Assembly (NCBI GenBank): GCA_964639895.1
Contig: CAZXEJ010000004.1
Location: 1,033 to 65,032 of the forward strand
DNA: 64,000 bases
Source of the DNA: an uncultured Spirochaetia bacterium
GTDB lineage: Bacteria > Desulfobacterota_D > UBA1144 > Nemesobacterales > JADFKM01
Direction of reading: 5' to 3'
Shown: one piece after another, positions 18,835-29,261 of the stretch
Numbering within the stretch: the stretch's first letter is position 1
Layout: the number at the start of each line of letters is the position of its first letter
The notes under the pieces: model-generated
Told to the model about the DNA's origin: nothing
The model's input: only the letters and a program-made list of their open reading frames with translations
Databases searched by the model: none
Program-made: the position numbers and the translations under genes

Positions 18835-20809
18835 CACCGAACCACCCATCCCTACGTGCCAACGAGCAGGAGAGCGGCCAGAGGAGTCTCCCGGAGCCCT
18901 CGTCCAACCGCGTCCGACTCCACGGTCGTCACGGCCGCCGTTCCATCGGCCCAGCCGGCCGTGTCATTCCCGCGCCCGTATGGTGGGGAGGAGACGCCGC
19001 AGCGGAAACGAAGCGGACGCGACAGGATTCCCGAAGCGGGAGCGCACCTTCCGCCGTTCCTTCCCAGGCTGCGGCCGAAGCCTCTAGCGGCCAAGGAACA
19101 ATACACCACCCCCACCGTTGCGGACATTGAGGGCGCATGCGGTAGGACGTAGGGAGACGCAGAAGGGTCGGAGGCGCCCACCCCATAACCACCTTAAACA
19201 CCCAAGTGTAGGGTTGAAACTGATCCGCTCACTCGAAGCGCACCGCCGGCGCACGCGGTCCACGGTTTGCGTGTTGCGTGGCGCCTCTCCCCCCTCGGCG
19301 TACGCATGCAGCGGGCCGGAGCCTTCGTCCACAACGCCGGTGCTGACCGAGGATACCCCGCCGAGAAAACGGTGACGCCTTGCCATCCGAGACGTGCTCA
19401 GCCGGTGAAGGACCGTTCCAAAGCACTTTTGGACGGGGACGAAAGAACACGGCTGTGCCTAAACACCGTATCGATGGAACTCCGCCCAAGGAGCCGGTAC
19501 GTCACATCCAACGCGGCGACGGGGATGCGGAGACGGAGCCAATGCGTGATGAAAACCGTGCCGACCTAGACGACCGGCCTCGGAGAGCCAACCGATGGTC
19601 CGGCCACGGCCGGCCTTACCGCCCCGGCGTTCCCTCACACACAGGGTAGGTCAGCCGGCAAAGGCGATGAACGCCATCCTCGCCATCGCCCGCAACGGTG
19701 AAGAAATGCCGCGGGAGATGGACGAGCGGAGCAACAAACGGCTTTCCCCCCTCACCACGGCGCACGGTAAGGTAGAGGAAGGCCAAAGGGGCTCGGTATA
19801 GTGTCACGCGCTCAGGCCGTGCTTCTCCACAGTGGGTTCGGGTCGCGGAACCGCTTGAACCAGCCGAGCACATCCACCACTCGCCGGAGGAGTGGTCGGA
19901 GGGCAAGCGAAGGTTCCCCCCGATTCGACTCTCACACCAGGGCAAGGGTACGGGCTCAGGCTCGGCCGGCAATTTGAGCACCCCAGACGGCTCCACGCCG
20001 AGAGGCGTGGAGTGCAACAACCCATATCGGCTGCGGCACTTACCCGCTGGAAACCGCAACGCCGTGCGTCGTGTGCAGCACCCCCCCACGGCGGCCTCAT
20101 TCACATCCGCCGGGGCGAGTCACGCACATGTTGCTGGCTACCGGGCATACGTCACGCGCGCCCGGTTGCGATACCCGCGCGGCGGTGGACACCCACCGGC
20201 GCCGTTGCCGAGCACCATCGCGGCATGGGGGAGACGCTCAGATGAAACAACCCTCCAAGCACGCCGGAGAGCGCAATCGGGCAGAACGCTACACCAACCG
20301 ATTCCCTGCTGGCAATACACACTCGGCGAGTATGTAGACGGTCTTGGATACACCGCTGCACCCACGACGCCGCTCGACAGCGGCACCCACTACAAGCGAA
20401 CCGGCTCGAAGCACCTCCCTTCCTACGCGGCCGTCTCGATCCCCCAAGAGCCATCTTCCGGGTACAGCAGAACACACCTACTTCCCTAGCGCCAATGCTT
20501 TCCGTCCCCACGAGACTCTCCTCCATATCTCCTCCCTATCGCATCGGGTACGGCGATCCTTCGCAGCCCTCTACTTAAACACGCCCCTTATGACCGCGCC
20601 ATGCACATCCCTCTCCTCAAGCCCACCCAAGCGCGACGACATGCCCCCATACTCGCCGCACACCTTTCCCTGCCCGATTTGCCACCACTACGATCGCGAA
20701 AACGCACGCAACCTGACGCCCCGACGATCGAAACTAAGGAAGAAATGAGAGAACACCTCGTGCGAGCGAGCTGTGATCACCTGCCCCCCTGTTCGCCAGT
20801 CGAAGGACG

Positions 20810-20844
20810 AAAAAAAAGGGAGCAAGCCACCCAGGCCTGCTCCC
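20810..20844 (-). terminator. rho-independent terminator for the porin-like gene
   Basis: The minus strand reads GGGAGCA-loop-TGCTCCC followed by an 8-T tract (plus-strand A8 at 20810-20817), immediately 3' of the 20884 stop. Confidence 0.7.
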
Positions 20845-20883
20845 TCCACGCCGTTTACGACGTATCTTAGCGTCTCTTCGGCT

Positions 20884-22497
20884 TTACTTCTTGAAGAACT
20901 GGTCCACGTAGACCATGATCCTTCCCTGGAAAGCGAACGGAGTATCCGGGTCACTGAAGTCACTCGGATTGGCACCGCCGCCCACCATCAAGGCCGCGCG
21001 CTGCTTCACCAGGTCGTCGTAACCGTTGGCAGGAATGAAGACGCTACCGATGAGATCGAAGTTCACACCGGGTACTACCTCGATGGTCACAGTCCCCTCG
21101 AGCTCGGAGCCGAGGAACCGGTCCACCCTGCCGTCGGCGTCCACGCCGGTGAAGAAACCGGGCTCAACAAGCGCCTGCCTCTCCTGGTTCCAGGCGAACA
21201 GCACCTGCGGGGTGAAGGAAAGGTTGTCGAGAACCTTCACGGTACCCCATGCCCTGATGTAGTAGGCATTGATCACGCTGTTCTCAAGACCGTAGATCGT
21301 GGGGATAAGGTGCCTGAACAGCAGGTTGTCGACGTTATACGCGGGATTGAAGGCGAGGATGTTGCCCTGGAAATCTCCGCCGTCACTGGCGGGATCGACC
21401 TCGTCACCGCTTGCATAGCCGAACTCCGCGGCCAGCAGCTTGATGGGGAAGCCGGGATAGACCTCACCCCGAACGGCGAATATCAGGTTGCCGGGCTTGA
21501 TGTCGGCCTGGTCCCTACCGTCGATCGAGAAGGCGCTGATACCGGTGAGCTTACCGAAGGCGTGCTGCGTCTCGGCAGCCAGACGGAAGAAGTCGGTCTT
21601 GTAGTCGAGCATCGTGGCCCACAGGAAGACGTCGGCGTTTATGTCGGTGCCGGCGAGGTTGGTCTGGTGGATGTAGGGAAACACGTAACCACCGATGGTG
21701 AAGCCGCCCTTGTTGTAGACGAGGGCGAAGGCACCGCCGTCCCAACCGTCACCGCTGCCCGTCGTCAGACCGCCGCCCAGAGTAGAGGAACCCTGGCGGA
21801 ACCTGTCGGACACGAAGATGAAGGTGAAGGTTCCATCGGCAACGGGCCAAGACTTCAGATAGAGGAACCTGTCGAGAATAAATCCGAGGTCGGAATTGGG
21901 ATCCCAACCGCCGTTGGCCAGAATTCCAAGACCCCAGTCAAAGGGCTGGCGGCCAACACGGATGAAACCGAGGTTGTTCGGAAGAACGACATCCATGTGC
22001 AGCATGCGCACGTTGAAGAACTGGACATCGTCCACCGCCTGATGCTGTGCCCCGAAGGCCAAGCTCACGGGAGTACCGAACAGGCCGTTGAAACGAACGT
22101 CGCTGTTGTTGCCCTGGATGAGAGCACCACGGAACCTGTCATTGGGGGTGAGGGACGAGAAAATGATATCCCTCAGAAGAATGTTGTTGGTGCCGCCCCA
22201 GATCATGTTGTCGGCGACGTCCACCTGCGCCCTTATGGTCACCGAGTCGCTCAGCACCAGCTGCGGGGTCAAGCGCAGCCTAGTGTCAGCGAAAACGATG
22301 TTGTCGTCGTTGTCGTTAAAGCCCAGGGCCTGCGCCTCGGCTTTATCGAGGGTATTGACGAATGTGCCGTTCTTTATGACGTGCACTCTGGTACGCATGT
22401 AACTTGGGAACCCGCCCAAGGTCAGCTCAACCGCATATGACGGCAGAGCCACCATCAACGCCAGAAGAAACGCTAAGAGCCATTTGGCCTTATTCAT
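20884..22497 (-). CDS. outer-membrane beta-barrel (porin-like) protein of unknown family
   Basis: Cleavable signal peptide (MNKAKWLLAFLLALMVALPSYA), 537 aa, with alternating amphipathic beta-strand patterns rich in G/N/D/F/Y. Its codon usage is visibly AT-richer than its neighbours, and it has a strong terminator. Confidence 0.6.
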   Translation of the reverse strand: MNKAKWLLAFLLALMVALPSYAVELTLGGFPSYMRTRVHVIKNGTFVNTLDKAEAQALGFNDNDDNIVFADTRLRLTPQLVLSDSVTIRAQVDVADNMIWGGTNNILLRDIIFSSLTPNDRFRGALIQGNNSDVRFNGLFGTPVSLAFGAQHQAVDDVQFFNVRMLHMDVVLPNNLGFIRVGRQPFDWGLGILANGGWDPNSDLGFILDRFLYLKSWPVADGTFTFIFVSDRFRQGSSTLGGGLTTGSGDGWDGGAFALVYNKGGFTIGGYVFPYIHQTNLAGTDINADVFLWATMLDYKTDFFRLAAETQHAFGKLTGISAFSIDGRDQADIKPGNLIFAVRGEVYPGFPIKLLAAEFGYASGDEVDPASDGGDFQGNILAFNPAYNVDNLLFRHLIPTIYGLENSVINAYYIRAWGTVKVLDNLSFTPQVLFAWNQERQALVEPGFFTGVDADGRVDRFLGSELEGTVTIEVVPGVNFDLIGSVFIPANGYDDLVKQRAALMVGGGANPSDFSDPDTPFAFQGRIMVYVDQFFKK

Positions 22498-22719
22498 CTC
22501 TCCTTACCTCCTTTAATGTGTTAAATTCCCGTCTACTCTAACCCAACCAGTAGACCATTGTCAAGCGCTACGGCCCCCGCTCCCCTGCAGGGCGGACACC
22601 CGCCCCCCTAGCAGTTACTCTTATTTGTAATACATTTGCTTCTCCATGTCAAGCGAAAATTTGCACCCCCTCCAACTTAAGGAAATGCATTAACTTAGCA
22701 CCCTAACCCATCAATCACC

Positions 22720-24027
22720 GTGCAAATGGTTTCGCTGGTACTATATATGAGAAGGAGCAAACAAAGCGGAAGGGCAGTGCGTGCCGCGCGCTCGTCCGAG
22801 GGACGTGAACGCCGACAGCGGCCGACGAGCACAGCCCCCGACGACGAAGGAGACCCCCAGGTGAAGGCGAATGACAGCGGTCCTGGAAAGCTCGCCGATC
22901 TCATAGCGGCCGAATGCCGCAAGGTCGGGGCGATCACGTTCGCGCGTTTCATGGAGCTGGCCTTGTACCATGAAACCATGGGCTACTACACCAGCGGAGC
23001 GGCCGTGGACGGCAAGGGAGGGGACTACTATACGAGCGTCCACACGGGTGGTGTGTTCGGGGCCGTCCTTGCCAGGTTCGCCCTCGCCGTCAGGCGTCAC
23101 CTCGGGCTTGGACGGCTGGCCGTGGTCGAGGTGGGCTCGGGATCGGGCCTGCTTGCCCGAGACATGCTCGACGCGCTGGCCGATATCGACCGCGACGCCT
23201 ACTCGTCGACCACATACCACTTGGTTGAAAGGAGCAAGGAGCGGCTTTCGGCCTCGCTCGCGCGTCTTGACAGGCACGCCGAACGCGTGAGAGCACACCA
23301 CGCCCTCGAAGAGGTCGGCACGGTCGAGGGGCTGGTGATGGCCCACGAGCTGTTCGACGCGCTCCCCTTCCACAGGGTGAAGATGAGCGAGGGAGGAATC
23401 GAGGAACTCTACGTATCGGTGGACGGCCAAGGGGGGTTCTCCTTTACGGCGGCTCCCCCCTCCAGGCCCGAGCTCGAGAGCTACGTCGCCTCCCTAGGGG
23501 TGGAACTCTCTCCCGGCCAGGTGATCGAGATCTGCCTGGAGGCCCGTCCCATGCACACGCTCATGTCCGCCGCGCTCCGCCGAGGCTTTCTGCTGATCGT
23601 CGACTACGGCTCGCTTGCTCCCTCACTCTACTCCCCCTCTCGTCCGGAGGGGACGATGCGCTGCTTCCACCGCCACCGCCTCGACGACGAGCCGTTCTCA
23701 CTGATCGGGCGAAAAGACATAACGGCGAGCGTTGATTTCTCAAACCTCATCCGCGCGGGTGAGGCGTCGGGCCTGGAGACGGTGAAATACACTACTCAGG
23801 GCCAATTCCTCGTCGATTGGGGAATACTCGACGTCATCGAGGCCCTGGCGAACGATCCTGGACTGGGAGATGTGGAACGCGCGCGCGCGGTGGCCGGAGC
23901 AAGAACCCTCTTCCTGCCGGAACTGATGGGCTCGGCCTTCAAGGTGCTGCTGCAAGCCAAAGGAACCGCTACCGACAGGTTCTACCCCCCTTCTCCACTG
24001 CGACTCGACCGGGGTGGGGTCGAGTAA
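22720..24027 (+). CDS. class I SAM-dependent methyltransferase, MidA/NDUFAF7-like (DUF185)
   Basis: VEVGSGSGLLARDML SAM-binding motif and overall resemblance to the MidA family by memory. The true start may be an internal codon, because the first ~50 aa look like low-complexity readthrough. Confidence 0.6.
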   Translation: MQMVSLVLYMRRSKQSGRAVRAARSSEGRERRQRPTSTAPDDEGDPQVKANDSGPGKLADLIAAECRKVGAITFARFMELALYHETMGYYTSGAAVDGKGGDYYTSVHTGGVFGAVLARFALAVRRHLGLGRLAVVEVGSGSGLLARDMLDALADIDRDAYSSTTYHLVERSKERLSASLARLDRHAERVRAHHALEEVGTVEGLVMAHELFDALPFHRVKMSEGGIEELYVSVDGQGGFSFTAAPPSRPELESYVASLGVELSPGQVIEICLEARPMHTLMSAALRRGFLLIVDYGSLAPSLYSPSRPEGTMRCFHRHRLDDEPFSLIGRKDITASVDFSNLIRAGEASGLETVKYTTQGQFLVDWGILDVIEALANDPGLGDVERARAVAGARTLFLPELMGSAFKVLLQAKGTATDRFYPPSPLRLDRGGVE

Positions 24028-25163
24028 GGCGTGACGGCGCACACGTGCGCGCTACTACCACCGGGCGGTACGGCGACGGAGCCGCGGAACCCACCGCCCG
24101 TTGTACGGCGCATCCCCTTAGCCTGACCCCAACCCAATCTTATCCCCGCCGCGGCCGTAGAGGTGGGCGGTGCCGAAGGCGCCCCCTACTCCCCCCTGCT
24201 CCGCCCCTCCTTGTGCGGGTGGCTGGAGGACGATGCACGACCGGGAAGCGGTGTCTACTTTTTCTCAACGAGCGGGGAGAGTGCGTGTGATATCGACGAC
24301 CCCCCGTAGGCCGCAGGGCCGCATCAATAGAGCGCGGGATGGAGACGAGCGAAAAACCGAAGTCGTCGTCATACGGGGCCTCAAGGCGGCGCCTCCCCAC
24401 CCACCGCTCTCGAGGGCGCAACACTCCGAGGCGATGCAGCTCGACGTCCCTACCGACCGTGGGACTCCCGGTGGATTTTTGGGGCCGCGGTAGAACGAGT
24501 CTGCCACGCGCAACGGCCAGAGGCGTTGAGAGGACAACGGCCAAGGGGTTGCCACCCGCACATCCACACCGCATGAGATGGAGCGCCGCCCTGAGCGCAG
24601 GGTCTCTTCGGGCCATGCACGCACGCGGTAAGGACCCAAAGCAAGGCCGTCTGCGTGATTTCCCCCGCCGTTCGCCCGCTCAGCCGAAGCCCAAGCCGCC
24701 GACCCACATCGTGAGCCCCCCACGGCGCACGTATGGGCCCCGCCTCCAAGCAATGCGGAGATGGGGGGGCGGCGCTCCACCGAGGGACGGAAGGGCCGGC
24801 GCGTAATCGTCCGCGGGAGCCGACCGGACCGCCTCCCCCCCGACCATGGAAGGACGGAGCACATTGTGCCAAGACGAGATGGGCCCAAACCACTCCCCAG
24901 CGGACGTAACGGCCGCGTGGATCATCAAGCCCCCTCTGTCACCGCTCCCCCTTTCTCCCCCGCGCGGGTGGAAGGGGGCACTTGGCCGAGCGCGACACCC
25001 GCCTCAGGCCGTTCGGCGCTCACGTCCACGCCACCACTTACGCAAACAGCTGAGCTCGACGCATACGACGACTCCTTTCCCATCCTCATCCAAAAGACGG
25101 GAGGGGCGCATACAAACCCTCCGCATCACCCCCGCGTCCTCTCCCCCCGGCGCCGCGCCCATG

Positions 25164-25192
25164 TTGCCCCGGCGGCGGCCTTTTGTTATCAT
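25164..25192 (+). promoter_or_regulatory. candidate promoter for dapL (TTGCCC-N17-TATCAT)
   Basis: Hexamers at 25164-25169 and 25187-25192, about 40 nt upstream of the GTG start. A GGGGGAG RBS sits 8 nt before that GTG. Confidence 0.35.
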
Positions 25193-25232
25193 AAGGGACC
25201 TCACCAACTCAGAGACAGGGGGAGTACGGCAC

Positions 25233-26399
25233 GTGGATATAAAATGGGCACAGCGCATAGCGGAGCTTCCGCCCTATCTTTTCGCCGAGATCGACGCCAA
25301 GAAGAGTGAGCTCGAGCGGCAGGGAGTGGACATAATCGACCTCGGCGTGGGAGACCCCGACATGCCGACCCCCTCCCACATAGTGCACGCGCTCGAGCGC
25401 GCGGCGAACGACCCGCGCTACCACCGATACCCCTCCTATGCCGGCATGTCGGCCTTCCGCGAGGCGGCCGCCCGGTGGATGGAGAAGCGGTTCGGCGTCA
25501 AGCTCGATCCCGACACCGAGGTCCTGGCGCTCATAGGGTCGAAGGAGGGGGTGGCCCACCTGCCGCTCGCCCTCGTCGATCCGGGCGACGTCGTGCTGGT
25601 CCCGGACCCGGGCTATCCGGTCTATCCCGTCTCGGCCACCTTCGCAGGCGGCATCCCCTGGCCCATGCCGCTGCTTCGCGACCGCGGGTTCCTGCCCGAT
25701 CTCGACGCCATCCCCGAGCACGTCCGGCGCCGTGCCAGACTCATGTTCATCAATTACCCCAACAACCCCACCACGGCCGTGGCCGACAAGAGGTTCTTCG
25801 AGGATGTGGTCGCCTTCGCCCTCGAGAACGAAATCGTCGTCTGTCACGACGCCGCATACACCGAGATCGCCTTCGACGGCCTCCGCTGCCCGAGCTTCCT
25901 CGAGGTCGACGGGGCGCGCGAGGTCGGCGTGGAGCTGCACTCACACTCGAAGACCTACAACATGACCGGCTGGCGCATAGCGTTCGCCGCAGGCAACCCC
26001 CGAGTCATCGGTGCGCTCGGCAAGGTCAAGACCAACATCGACTCCGGTGCGTTCGAGGCCGTGCAGGTCGCCGCAATCGAAGCGCTGGACAACTACGAGC
26101 TGGGACTGGCCGAAAGGGTGGGCACATACCAGCACCGCAGGGACATCTTCTGCAAAGGCCTCGAGCAGGCCGGCCTTGCCTACCACCCGACGAAGGCCAC
26201 CTTCTACGTGTGGATCGAGGTGCCCCCGGGCTACACGTCCGCCGGCTTTGCAGAAAAGCTCCTTACGGAGGCAGGTCTAGTCGTCACGCCCGGAAACGGC
26301 TTCGGCAGCGCCGGCGAAGGTTACGTGCGGGTGAGCCTCACCATACCCACGCCCCGCCTCGAAGAGGCGGTGGAGAGGCTGGGCAAACTCACCATATAA
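25233..26399 (+). CDS. dapL: LL-diaminopimelate aminotransferase
   Basis: The N-terminus …AQRIAELPPYLFAEIDAKK… and …LGVGDPDMPTP… is characteristic of DapL, and there is a PLP-lysine region SHSKTYNMTGWRIAF. I prefer the GTG start at 25233 because it has the RBS; an in-frame ATG at 25161 is the alternative. Confidence 0.8.
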   Translation: MDIKWAQRIAELPPYLFAEIDAKKSELERQGVDIIDLGVGDPDMPTPSHIVHALERAANDPRYHRYPSYAGMSAFREAAARWMEKRFGVKLDPDTEVLALIGSKEGVAHLPLALVDPGDVVLVPDPGYPVYPVSATFAGGIPWPMPLLRDRGFLPDLDAIPEHVRRRARLMFINYPNNPTTAVADKRFFEDVVAFALENEIVVCHDAAYTEIAFDGLRCPSFLEVDGAREVGVELHSHSKTYNMTGWRIAFAAGNPRVIGALGKVKTNIDSGAFEAVQVAAIEALDNYELGLAERVGTYQHRRDIFCKGLEQAGLAYHPTKATFYVWIEVPPGYTSAGFAEKLLTEAGLVVTPGNGFGSAGEGYVRVSLTIPTPRLEEAVERLGKLTI

Positions 26400-26410
26400 T
26401 GAATGTATGT

Positions 26411-26433
26411 AGGGGTAGGGACCCCTTTTCTCT
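26411..26433 (+). terminator. terminator-like hairpin after dapL
   Basis: AGGGGT-aggg-ACCCCT followed by TTTCTCTCC, 12 nt after the stop. Confidence 0.5.
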
Positions 26434-26538
26434 CCGCACCGGAGCTTGTGGTCTGGCGACGACGCACGGTTCCCAGGGAACGAGTTAGCGGTCGCCGTTG
26501 AGACCGTGGGGGGGTCCGCTCCGCCCTAAGGTGAACCA

Positions 26539-28035
26539 ATGGCCGCAGCCAAGGCAGCTATCCTCACCCTCTACGTGTTCGCCTTCTCCGTGCTTTGGGC
26601 GTTCGGACTCCACCGGTTCCGCCTGGCGCGGCTATACGTGAGGAGACGCCGCGCCTCGCCGCAACCGCGTGCCAGGTACGAAAGCCTCCCCTCCATCACG
26701 GTACAGCTTCCCGTATACAACGAGATGTACGTGGTCGAGAGGCTGATCGGTGCCGCATGCGCCATCGACTACCCGCGCCACCTGCTCGAGATACAGGTGC
26801 TCGACGACTCCACCGACGCCACCCGTACCATTGCGCGCAAGGCCGTCCGGAGGTACCGCCGTCTCGGACACGACATCACCTACATCCACCGACCACACCG
26901 CAGCGGTTTCAAGGCCGGCGCCCTCGAGGGCGGCCTCCGTCTCGCCCGAGGGGAGCTCATCGCCGTCTTCGACGCCGACTTCCTCCCCCCGCCCCACGTG
27001 CTACACGAGATGGCCCACTTCTTCACCGACCCCCGCGTGGGCATCGTGCAGGCGCGCTGGGGTCACCTGAACCGAGACTACTCCACCCTCACACGCACCC
27101 AAGCCGTACTGCTCGACGGTCACTTCATCGTCGAGCAGACGGCGCGCCAACGTGGGGGCTTCTTCCTCAACTTCAACGGCACGGCCGGCATGCTCAGACG
27201 CCGCTGCATAGAGGAAGCGGGCGGATGGCAGCACGACACGCTGACCGAAGACCTCGACCTCAGCTACCGGGCGCAACTTCTCGGCTGGAAGGTCGTCTAC
27301 CTCAAGGACACCGTCGTCCCCGCCGAGCTGCCGGTCGACATGAACGCCTTCAAGGCCCAGCAGCACCGCTGGACCAAGGGGGCCATACAGACGGCGACCA
27401 AGCTCCTGGGACGCGTGCTCGCCTCGCCCTCGCTCGGTCCCGTCGCCAAGCTCGAAGCGGCCCTCCATCTGCTGGGCCCCGTCTCATACCTGCTGCTCAT
27501 GGTGCTGGTGGTGCTCATGTTCCCCATGGGCGTCCTTTTCCACGGTACCTGGGGAATGCCCGCCGTGGTGGCCTTCAACTTCGTCGCTCTGGGCGGCGGG
27601 ATGGCCACACTGATCTACTTCTATTCGATCGCGGCCATCGAGGGGACGGGCCGGGGATGGATCAAGGAGCTCCCATACGTCGTCATGGCCATCGCCCTCG
27701 GGATGGGACTCGCGGTCAACAACTCGCGGGCCGTCGTCGAGGCCCTCGCCCGCAGGGGATCGGAATTCAGGCGCACCCCCAAGTTCAACGTCGTACGGCG
27801 GGGCCAGCGGTGGAAGACGAAGCTCTACGTCACGCCCGGCGACCCCTCGGCCCTGGTCGAGCTCGCTCTGGGTGGGGCGCTCTTCGCCCAGAGTGCCTAT
27901 GCACTCTCCGCCCTCAGGTTCGAATGGCTGCCGTTCCTCATCCCGCTTGCGACGGGGTTTCTCTACACGGCTCTGCTCTCGCTCGCCCACGCGCCCCGCC
28001 GCCGCGCGGCCGCCGCCGGGGGCGGGGCGTCCTGA
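26539..28035 (+). CDS. family-2 processive glycosyltransferase (CslA/cellulose-synthase-like, integral membrane)
   Basis: D,D,D and QxxRW (QQHRWTKG) GT2 motifs and a DxD (FDADF). It has an N-terminal TM helix plus about five C-terminal TM helices; 498 aa. Confidence 0.8.
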   Translation: MAAAKAAILTLYVFAFSVLWAFGLHRFRLARLYVRRRRASPQPRARYESLPSITVQLPVYNEMYVVERLIGAACAIDYPRHLLEIQVLDDSTDATRTIARKAVRRYRRLGHDITYIHRPHRSGFKAGALEGGLRLARGELIAVFDADFLPPPHVLHEMAHFFTDPRVGIVQARWGHLNRDYSTLTRTQAVLLDGHFIVEQTARQRGGFFLNFNGTAGMLRRRCIEEAGGWQHDTLTEDLDLSYRAQLLGWKVVYLKDTVVPAELPVDMNAFKAQQHRWTKGAIQTATKLLGRVLASPSLGPVAKLEAALHLLGPVSYLLLMVLVVLMFPMGVLFHGTWGMPAVVAFNFVALGGGMATLIYFYSIAAIEGTGRGWIKELPYVVMAIALGMGLAVNNSRAVVEALARRGSEFRRTPKFNVVRRGQRWKTKLYVTPGDPSALVELALGGALFAQSAYALSALRFEWLPFLIPLATGFLYTALLSLAHAPRRRAAAAGGGAS

Positions 28036-28054
28036 GCCCGGGCGTCGGCCCTCC

Positions 28055-29122
28055 TCAACCAAGCTGTTCCAGCACCTCTTCGATGAACGCCTTGAACGGC
28101 TCTCTGTAGGCGGGGGCCACGTTGTAGCTCCTGACGATGGTCCTCTCCATCGAGGGCTCGTCCACGCTTGAGAGTGTGAACGGATACTCGTGGGCCCCGG
28201 CCTCTATCACTCTGTGCACCACCCCCAGATGGTATTCCACGCCTGCGCACGGTATGACGCGGTCGTCGGCCACGGCCACCACGCGCACCCTCCGTCCCAA
28301 CCCCTTCACCTCGGCCCCGAGCGTCCCGTCCGCGCCCACGAACACGCGCTCGAACACGCGGGCCTCCCGCGTCCCCTTGAGAGGGTAGGGCTCCCCCCCC
28401 GCGTAGAACTCCCTCAACCTCGCCGCCGAGGCACGGTCGAGGATGAGGGGGCTTACGGGGTTGGTTGCGTGGGCGACGGCACCGTCTGCGGGCACCATCG
28501 GGGAGCCGGAACAGAACATGGTCGCGGTCATCGCCGAGAACTCCTCCGTATCTCGGGTAAGGAGCAGGAGTATGAGCGACAGATACCCGCCCAGCGAGTA
28601 GCCGAGAAAATGTATGTGCGCCTCCTCGTCGAACACCCTGCCGTCGCCGCCCAGCGAGGGAAGCCGATATGCGCCGCGACGGATTGAGCGGACGAGATCT
28701 AGTAGATCGCGGTACGTCTCGAGACCTGCGAGGAACAACCTCTCGGGATGGGCGTGGAGCCGCCGGCTGAGGACGGCGTTGTACGGGGTTGTGACGTCGT
28801 TGTCCGCAACGGCGCGCCTTGCCCGAACGACCTCTTCGAGGGCCGAGGGGGCGAACCAGCCACGGGGTCTCCTGTTCATGAGGAACGCTATGGGAAAGAC
28901 GAGCACGGGGTGGCCGCTCGCAGCGAGCGTGGCCGCCCAGGGGAAAAATTTCCTGTAGTCGCTCTCGTTGAGCCCGTTCAAGACGACGACGGCCTCACCG
29001 TATGGGGGCGACTCTTGCGCCGGAAGAAAGAGCGGGTAGCGGAACACCCTGTTTTCCATCACACCCCGGTCCTCGGGGACGAGCAGCCGCCAGTGGGGGG
29101 AGCGGAAGGTGCAGATCTCCAT
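28055..29122 (-). CDS. alpha/beta-hydrolase fold protein (GYSLGG nucleophile elbow)
   Basis: GxSxG motif GYSLGG with flanking hydrophobic strands. I chose the start at MEICTF (29122); the longer track ORF to 29281 would cover the promoter for the divergent TetR operon. Confidence 0.55.
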   Translation of the reverse strand: MEICTFRSPHWRLLVPEDRGVMENRVFRYPLFLPAQESPPYGEAVVVLNGLNESDYRKFFPWAATLAASGHPVLVFPIAFLMNRRPRGWFAPSALEEVVRARRAVADNDVTTPYNAVLSRRLHAHPERLFLAGLETYRDLLDLVRSIRRGAYRLPSLGGDGRVFDEEAHIHFLGYSLGGYLSLILLLLTRDTEEFSAMTATMFCSGSPMVPADGAVAHATNPVSPLILDRASAARLREFYAGGEPYPLKGTREARVFERVFVGADGTLGAEVKGLGRRVRVVAVADDRVIPCAGVEYHLGVVHRVIEAGAHEYPFTLSSVDEPSMERTIVRSYNVAPAYREPFKAFIEEVLEQLG

Positions 29123-29261
29123 GCGCACCCTCCCCACCGTCACGGGCGCTGCTGCGGAGCCGCCCGATGCGAGCGATCTCCTGAAGGCCCGGTACAGAGC
29201 GTCGGCTTTGAACACCCATCGGCAAGCGGGCATAGGGAATTTTATTCTCTCACAAAAAAAA

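Noticed and set aside
19835-19885. GGTTCGGGTC … TCCACCA resembled a tmRNA/tRNA-like 3' end inside island B
   Set aside because: I could not form a proper T-arm or acceptor-stem pairing, there is no tag-peptide reading frame ending in Ala-Ala-stop upstream, and I found no complementary 5' strand.
18835-20809. Group II intron, rRNA fragment, CRISPR array or prophage remnant in island B
   Set aside because: There is no domain V consensus and no RT/maturase ORF. There are no 16S or 23S universal motifs, no direct repeats with spacers, and no integrase or phage-like genes.
20773-22440. 555-aa plus-strand ORF antisense to the porin-like gene
   Set aside because: It is antisense junk. The minus-strand protein has a signal peptide and beta-barrel pattern.
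25475-28109. Long alternative-frame ORFs (25475-26488 and 26595-28109) over dapL and the GT2 gene
   Set aside because: They give R/G/P-rich translations in the wrong frame of well-supported genes.
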